Shown here: positions 56,857 through 64,000 of the stretch, piece after piece
Numbering within the stretch: position 1 is the stretch's first letter
How the letters are laid out: each line of letters starts with the position of its first letter
From: Pseudomonadota bacterium
GTDB lineage: Bacteria; Myxococcota; JACRCW01; JAFGSX01
Direction: 5' to 3'
Length of the DNA stretch: 64,000 bases
Assembly (NCBI GenBank): GCA_043821645.1
Contig: JBDRCO010000023.1
Span: 32,001 to 96,000 of the forward strand
Translations under genes and position numbers: made by a program
The notes under the pieces: model-generated
What the model was told of the DNA's origin: nothing
What the model saw: only the letters and a program-made list of their open reading frames with translations
Databases searched by the model: none

Positions 56857-57989
56857 TGACGCGAGCCCGCGCGCTCGGTGTGGTGACCGCGACCGTGCTG
56901 CTGACAACGCTGCTGCTCGCCGCGAGCCGATCACCAGCCGAGGACGACCGCCGGCGGCTCAATAGCCTGGTACAGGAGCTCCGCGACCGGCGCTCGGATC
57001 TGCGCCAGGTGCGCAAGGACGAGCGCGAGGCCACGCGCGCGCTGTCCGAGCTGGACGCGACCCGGTACAAGGCGCAGCGCGAGCTGGAGCGCATGGACCA
57101 GGCGGTGGCCAGGCAAGAGAAAGAGGTCGAGGCCCTGCGCGGCAAGGTCACGGTCGACGTGGACAGCGTCGACGCCATGAAACGGCGGGTGCGCTCGCGG
57201 CTCCGTGTGCTGTCGCGGCTTGGCGGCCACAGCTACCTGCGCGTTCTCCTCTCCTCGGCCAGCCTCGACGAGCTTGCCATCCGCCGCGCCCTCCTGCGAC
57301 GCATCACTGCGCGCGACACCGCCATGTTGCGTGCCCTGCAGCAGGGTGAGGCCGAACTGGCGACGGATCGCCGCGTCCTGGAGCAGCAACTCGAGGTACT
57401 CAAGGAGAGTCGGGACCAGACCAAAGCCGCCCTCGAGGAACTCCTGGTGACCCGCGACGAGCGCGGCCAGGCCCTGCTCGAGCTCGGAGCACAGCGCGGT
57501 GTCCTGGAGACCCGCGTCGAGAGCCTGCGCCAGTCGGAGCGTGAGTTGCGAGACCTGATCTGGAGCAAGACCGCGCCCAGTCGCCCGGCGGTGGGTCTGG
57601 CCGCCTTGCGGGGCAAGCTCCCGTGGCCGCTGGCGGTGCAGGCCGACGACAATGCCCGGGGTGCCGCGCATGCCAACGGCTGGACCTTCCGGGCCGCCCT
57701 GGGAACCCGTGTCCGTGCCATCGCCGATGGCTCCGTGGTGCACGCGGGCTTCCTGCGCGGCTACGGCCTGCTGGTCATCGTCGATCACGGCCATGGCTAC
57801 CACACCCTGTTCGCACACCTGTCGCGCAGTGCGGTCGAGCCCGGAACCTCGGTGGCGGCGGGCGACGTGGTGGGCTACGTCGGCGACAGCGAGTCCCTCG
57901 ACGGGGCCAAGCTGTACTTCGAGCTGCGCAGCGGAGGCAGACCGGTCAAGCTCACCCGGTGGCTCAGCAAGAGCCCCTCGGCTCCATGA
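56853..57989 (+). CDS. envC: Murein hydrolase activator EnvC (coiled coil + degenerate M23)
   Basis: Signal peptide, coiled coil, GKLPWP, GYGLLVIVDHG..YHTLFAHL and LYFELR; follows ftsEX. Confidence 0.85.
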   Translation: MMTRARALGVVTATVLLTTLLLAASRSPAEDDRRRLNSLVQELRDRRSDLRQVRKDEREATRALSELDATRYKAQRELERMDQAVARQEKEVEALRGKVTVDVDSVDAMKRRVRSRLRVLSRLGGHSYLRVLLSSASLDELAIRRALLRRITARDTAMLRALQQGEAELATDRRVLEQQLEVLKESRDQTKAALEELLVTRDERGQALLELGAQRGVLETRVESLRQSERELRDLIWSKTAPSRPAVGLAALRGKLPWPLAVQADDNARGAAHANGWTFRAALGTRVRAIADGSVVHAGFLRGYGLLVIVDHGHGYHTLFAHLSRSAVEPGTSVAAGDVVGYVGDSESLDGAKLYFELRSGGRPVKLTRWLSKSPSAP

Positions 57990-58175
57990 GGGACCGGACT
58001 CCCCGCCGCAGTCACACCCGGGCCGAGGATCCCGGGAGCATGCGGGCGGGACCCGGGCCCTGACCGAGGGAATACGGGCGTCGATGCGAGACTCCCTCTC
58101 GCCGTATGACGTGGTGTTGGTTACAATCGTCGAACGGATGCACCTGGCGCGAAGCGGAACGCGCCCTGGCAGGCC

Positions 58176-60367
<2,192 letters not shown>

Positions 60368-60371
<4 letters not shown>

Positions 60372-60787
60372 GCGACCACAGCGGCCGTCGTCACCAGCGG
60401 GCGCGGGTCCCCTTGCTGGTGCAGTACCGCTTCTCGCCCGTGGGCGACTACCTGACCGACTACTCGGCCAACCTGTCCCGGGGGGGTATGTTCATCGTCA
60501 CCGATCAACCCCGGCCGGTGGGCTCGATCCTCTATATCCAGTTCGTCACACGCGATGGAAGCCGCATCATCCGGGGCCAGGGACGCATCGTGCGCTCGGT
60601 GGCCCAGGGAGAGGGCGCCCAGGAGCGCATCGGTCATGCCGTGGAGTTCCTCGACTTCGACGCAGACGACACACGCTTCGTCGAGGATCTGGTGCAGCGC
60701 GCCCTGGACGAGCAGGGTCAGCCAGCCATGCGCGTGGGGCGCCGTGGCTCCGTGAACCGCGATCCCGGGGAGGGATCAGGGTCCTGA
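60368..60787 (+). CDS. Stand-alone PilZ-domain protein (TIGR02266-like)
   Basis: RRHQR and NLSRGGMFI; ATGA overlap with the kinase gene. Confidence 0.87.
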
Positions 60788-60852
60788 GCAGCCGGCGCAC
60801 CCGCATCGGGGCGTGACGAGGGCAGGATTGTGTCAGAAGTTCGACGTCACTC

Positions 60853-60881
60853 TTGACACCATGAGCGCCGTTGGGTAGCAC
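60853..60881 (+). promoter_or_regulatory. sigma70-like promoter of tRNA-Gln
   Basis: TTGACA-N17-TAGCAC. Confidence 0.65.
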
Positions 60882-60913
60882 TCTGATCGCTGGCTTGGCC
60901 AGCGTGGTCCAGA

Positions 60914-60987
60914 TGGGGAATCGTCTAACGGCAGGACGGCAGACTCTGGATCTGTCTATCTAGGTTCGAATCCTAGTTCCCCAGCCA
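60914..60987 (+). tRNA. tRNA-Gln (CTG)
   Basis: Acceptor stem TGGGGAA/TTCCCCA, anticodon arm GCAGA-CTCTGGA-TCTGT, T-arm CTAGG-TTCGAAT-CCTAG; CCA encoded. Confidence 0.95.
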
Positions 60988-60988
60988 G

Positions 60989-61022
60989 AACCCCCGGATC
61001 CTGCCTCCGGGGGTTTTTTTTT
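60989..61022 (+). terminator. Rho-independent terminator
   Basis: AACCCCCGGA-tcctgcc-TCCGGGGGTT followed by a T run. Confidence 0.9.
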
Positions 61023-61040
61023 CCCGATGGAGGGGCCGCG

Positions 61041-61487
61041 ATGCCTGTGCTGGAACTGCAGGTGCTCAACGGTGACCAGGCCGGAGCGAGCGTCGAGATC
61101 CGCCCGGGGAGCTATCGCATCCTGCGCCGTTCGACCGAGAACTTCGACGTGCGCAGCACCCTGGTTGCGTCCAACGTGGAGCAATGGCGCCTGAGCCAGG
61201 AGGACCTGGAGCTGGCGGCTGCACAGCTGACCCGCCGCGCGGTGGAGACGGGCAACCCGGTGGTGCGCTTCGAGGCCTTCGAGCGCGCCGAGGACATCTC
61301 GATCTGGGACCAGCGTATGTCGCTACCCCATGCCATCGTCCTGTTTGATGAGGACCACGCCAGCATCGTCGACATGGGGAGCCGCAACGGCACCTTCGTC
61401 AACGGCGAGCGCGTCGGCAGCACGGACCTCTCCCACGAGGATCTCGTGCGCTGCGGCGCCACTCGAATCCAGCTCTTTGTGCGCTGA
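61041..61487 (+). CDS. Atypical FHA-domain protein with internal insertion
   Basis: GGAGG RBS; LQVLNGDQAG N-terminus and D..MSLPHA...DMGSRNGTFVNG...L...D.VR.G C-terminus. Confidence 0.8.
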   Translation: MPVLELQVLNGDQAGASVEIRPGSYRILRRSTENFDVRSTLVASNVEQWRLSQEDLELAAAQLTRRAVETGNPVVRFEAFERAEDISIWDQRMSLPHAIVLFDEDHASIVDMGSRNGTFVNGERVGSTDLSHEDLVRCGATRIQLFVR

Positions 61488-61599
61488 CACCCCGATCTGC
61501 TCCCTGGATCTCGCTGCACGACCTGGAGGACGGGCACCGACCCCGCGCCACAGCACGCAGAACAGGGACTCGGGGCGAGCAAGGTCAGCTGGGCTGAGA

Positions 61600-63582
61600 T
61601 CAGGGACAATCGTCCTGCAGGCACACGCACGGTCCGATGATGCAGACGACGAGGTTGCACTGTGAACCCTCGCCCACGGTGGTGGCGCAGGTGTCATTGA
61701 ACAGGCTGCAGGTCGGGGAGCACAGCTGCGTCAGCAGGTCGCAGTCGTAACCACTCGCGCAGAGACTGGTTGTGCTGCAGGGCGCGCAGCGCTGGTGTGG
61801 CACCACATTGGTCAGCACGCAGCGGTGATCACTGGCGCAGCTGTGGGTTCCATCGCAGCCCGAGGGGCTGCTCAGGCGGCAACCGAGCTTGCACACCGGC
61901 GCCGGCCGCTGCAGGTCGCAGTAGCGGTCCGCGGGGCATTGCGAATCGCTCGCGCACGCCGTGTAGCCAAGGTCGGCGCACTGTTGATCGTTGCTGGCCG
62001 TGCAGCCCGTCGGGCAGCAACTGTCACTGCTGCTGCAGATCGTGATGGGGCTGGACACGCAGCGGGCATCGCAGGTCCCGCTGGCGGTCAAGGTGTAGTG
62101 ATTGCAGCCCGAGTCCGTGCAGCTGGTGGGGCAGGCGCCGGAGCTGCCCGAGGCGATGTTGATGTCACAGCGCTCGGTGCCGTTGACGGTGCCATCACCG
62201 CACACCGGCGGGTCCACCAGCGACGTCGTCAGAGTGTAGTGGCCCACCTTGGACGGATAGGAATAGTTCTGGACGCGGATATAGGCGGTGGCCGGCGCGT
62301 TCCACATCTCGACGGTCTCGGTGTCCGAGCTGGTCGCCGATTCATCGAACATGGCGGCGTCGCTGTTGCGATAGACAGCGAGGTCGAGGTCGGCCTCGGT
62401 GTGGGTGAACTGGATGCTGACGCGCAGGGCGCGCCCGGCGGGGACGTCGACGACAAACCAGTCGTACTGGTCGCAGGCCACCAGATCCTGGATCGTGGTG
62501 CTGTTGCTCACGGTGCTCGCCTGGGACCGCAGGTCGTCGGGTTCGTACTCGTCGTCGATGGGATCGCACTCCGGTGGCGCGGTATCCGGTCCACCGAGGT
62601 CGGGCCGGGCGAGGTCAGGGCGCGCCTGGTCGGGCAGCGTGGTGTCGGGGCGTGCGCCGTCGGGCTGAGCGAGATCCGGTCGTGCCGCGGCGGGTATCGC
62701 GGCATCGGGCTGGCGCAGGTCCTGGGACGTGGTATCCCAGCGCGCCAGGTCCGGCGCCGTGGCATCGCGACCCGCTCTGTCTGGCACACCCGCATCCACG
62801 CGCCCGCTGACGCAGCGGCCGTCGCTGCACACCTTGTCGATGCCACAGTCCCTGTCCTCGACCAGCACGGTACCGTCGTCGCTGCACACGAGCAGGTGGT
62901 TGTCCTGGCAATTCTTGCTGCCCGGATCACAGACCAGGGCCTGGCATCGCCCGCGCACGCAGCTCAGTTCTCCGCTGCAGATCCTCTGCACGGTGAAACC
63001 TGTCCCCCACATGTCGCAAGTCCGCGCCAGGTCGCCTTCGCAGCTGCTGGCGCCGGGCTCACAGACCTTGGCCAGGCATGCGCCCTCGACGCACACCGCG
63101 CTGCTGCCGCAGGCCGTGGGCCCCTCGCTGTAGCCTGTGCCGTCGGCCAGGCACAGGGCGGCGCTGTTCCCCACGCAGACGGACTCACCGGAGGGGCAGG
63201 TGTTGCCCACGGGAACGCAGGCGCCGTTGACGCAGAAATCCTGATCACAGTCCATGCGACTGGACAGGGCCGTGCCCTCGCTGTTGCAGCGCACGAGCTC
63301 GTTGCGCACACACAGGAAGGCATCGGGCTCGCAGACGATATTGTCCTCGCAGGCGCCGAGCACGCAGGTCTGGCTGTCGGCACAGATCACCTTGTCGCTG
63401 ACGTAGCCGCTGTCGCCACAGATCCGCACCACGTTGTCGTCGCAGAAGCTCACCCCGGGGGTGCAGGCGGTGCGGGTCCCCGAGGAGGGGCTGTCCGGCG
63501 GTGCCAGCTGTGGAGGACAGGCCGAGAGCAGGAGCCCAAAGCTTGGCCCCACAAGCCAGAGTGCCACGACAGGTCGCTGCAT
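61600..63582 (-). CDS. Cys-rich lipoprotein with tandem ~43-aa Cys repeats, period-5 Asp stalk and PPC domain
   Basis: LLLSAC lipobox; five C.PG...C.......C...G.......C.....C..G.C units; DDEYEPDD...DWF...DLDL; GAGG RBS. Confidence 0.8.
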   Translation of the reverse strand: MQRPVVALWLVGPSFGLLLSACPPQLAPPDSPSSGTRTACTPGVSFCDDNVVRICGDSGYVSDKVICADSQTCVLGACEDNIVCEPDAFLCVRNELVRCNSEGTALSSRMDCDQDFCVNGACVPVGNTCPSGESVCVGNSAALCLADGTGYSEGPTACGSSAVCVEGACLAKVCEPGASSCEGDLARTCDMWGTGFTVQRICSGELSCVRGRCQALVCDPGSKNCQDNHLLVCSDDGTVLVEDRDCGIDKVCSDGRCVSGRVDAGVPDRAGRDATAPDLARWDTTSQDLRQPDAAIPAAARPDLAQPDGARPDTTLPDQARPDLARPDLGGPDTAPPECDPIDDEYEPDDLRSQASTVSNSTTIQDLVACDQYDWFVVDVPAGRALRVSIQFTHTEADLDLAVYRNSDAAMFDESATSSDTETVEMWNAPATAYIRVQNYSYPSKVGHYTLTTSLVDPPVCGDGTVNGTERCDINIASGSSGACPTSCTDSGCNHYTLTASGTCDARCVSSPITICSSSDSCCPTGCTASNDQQCADLGYTACASDSQCPADRYCDLQRPAPVCKLGCRLSSPSGCDGTHSCASDHRCVLTNVVPHQRCAPCSTTSLCASGYDCDLLTQLCSPTCSLFNDTCATTVGEGSQCNLVVCIIGPCVCLQDDCP

Positions 63583-63716
63583 GATCCACCTCGCCCTGGA
63601 CACATTATCCGCTGTGCAGGACGCTTGGCGAGGCGTCAGGTCGCATGTGAGATGGCTCACAGATCAAAATCGCGACCTTCCCAATAGTGATGCGTCAGTG
63701 AGCTGTGGAGGTTGCC

Positions 63717-64000
63717 ATGTTCAGAGAATGGAATTCGAAGCCTGTGCTGGCCTTGCTGGCTGGGCTGATGCCGCTGTTGACCGGTATGGCGGCCTGCCCT
63801 CCCTCGGAGGATGGCGATATCCCTCCCTCGACCAGCCGAGGTGTGTGCGGCAACGACCGCAGGCAGACCGGCGAGAAGTGCGACGGCCCGGATCTCAATG
63901 ACAAGACCTGCGAGGACCTGGGCTTTGCGAGCGGCGCTCTGTTGTGCAAGCCGGACTGCAAGGACTTTGACCGGAGTGCCTGCGGTGCGCCCCTCGACAC
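63717..64000 (+). CDS. Partial Cys-rich lipoprotein (runs off the window)
   Basis: My translation after a GGAGG RBS: MFREWNSKPVLALLAGLMPLLTGMAACPP...VCGNDRRQTGEKCDGPDLNDKTCEDLGFASGALLC..., the same repeat type as in 8244..14090. Confidence 0.75.
   Translation, partial: MFREWNSKPVLALLAGLMPLLTGMAACPPSEDGDIPPSTSRGVCGNDRRQTGEKCDGPDLNDKTCEDLGFASGALLCKPDCKDFDRSACGAPLD

Overview
GC-rich bacterial chromosomal window, probably Myxococcota or a related deltaproteobacterium. This is inferred from TIGR02266-type PilZ proteins, PEGA, DUF4388 and FHA proteins, Cys-rich lipoproteins and a MYXO-CTERM-like tail. All family assignments come from motif recognition by eye, not from database searches. Housekeeping genes: rng, a radical SAM fusion, radC, pepD, pcm, mutL, ftsE-ftsX-envC, an ABC1 kinase, tRNA-Phe and tRNA-Gln. 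Signalling genes: three PilZ modules, an MshEN-Ser/Thr kinase, an FHA-GAF adenylate cyclase and an ECF sigma operon. Many surface lipoproteins and hydrolases are interspersed. Two signal-peptide-less proteins look like type III secretion substrates, although no secretion apparatus is in the window. The first (1652 aa) has a GDPH-type DUF1521/MIIA-like autocleavage domain followed by 12 tandem 101-aa repeats, behind a palindrome-rich, AT-rich control region. The second (627 aa) has a glycine zipper, a needle/filament-like C-terminal helix and an in-frame slippery T6A5 run, and is paired with a LysM protein. Several unrelated exported proteins carry stalks with Asp at regular spacing, strictly every 5 residues in two of them. 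I saw no CRISPR array, integrase or transposase.
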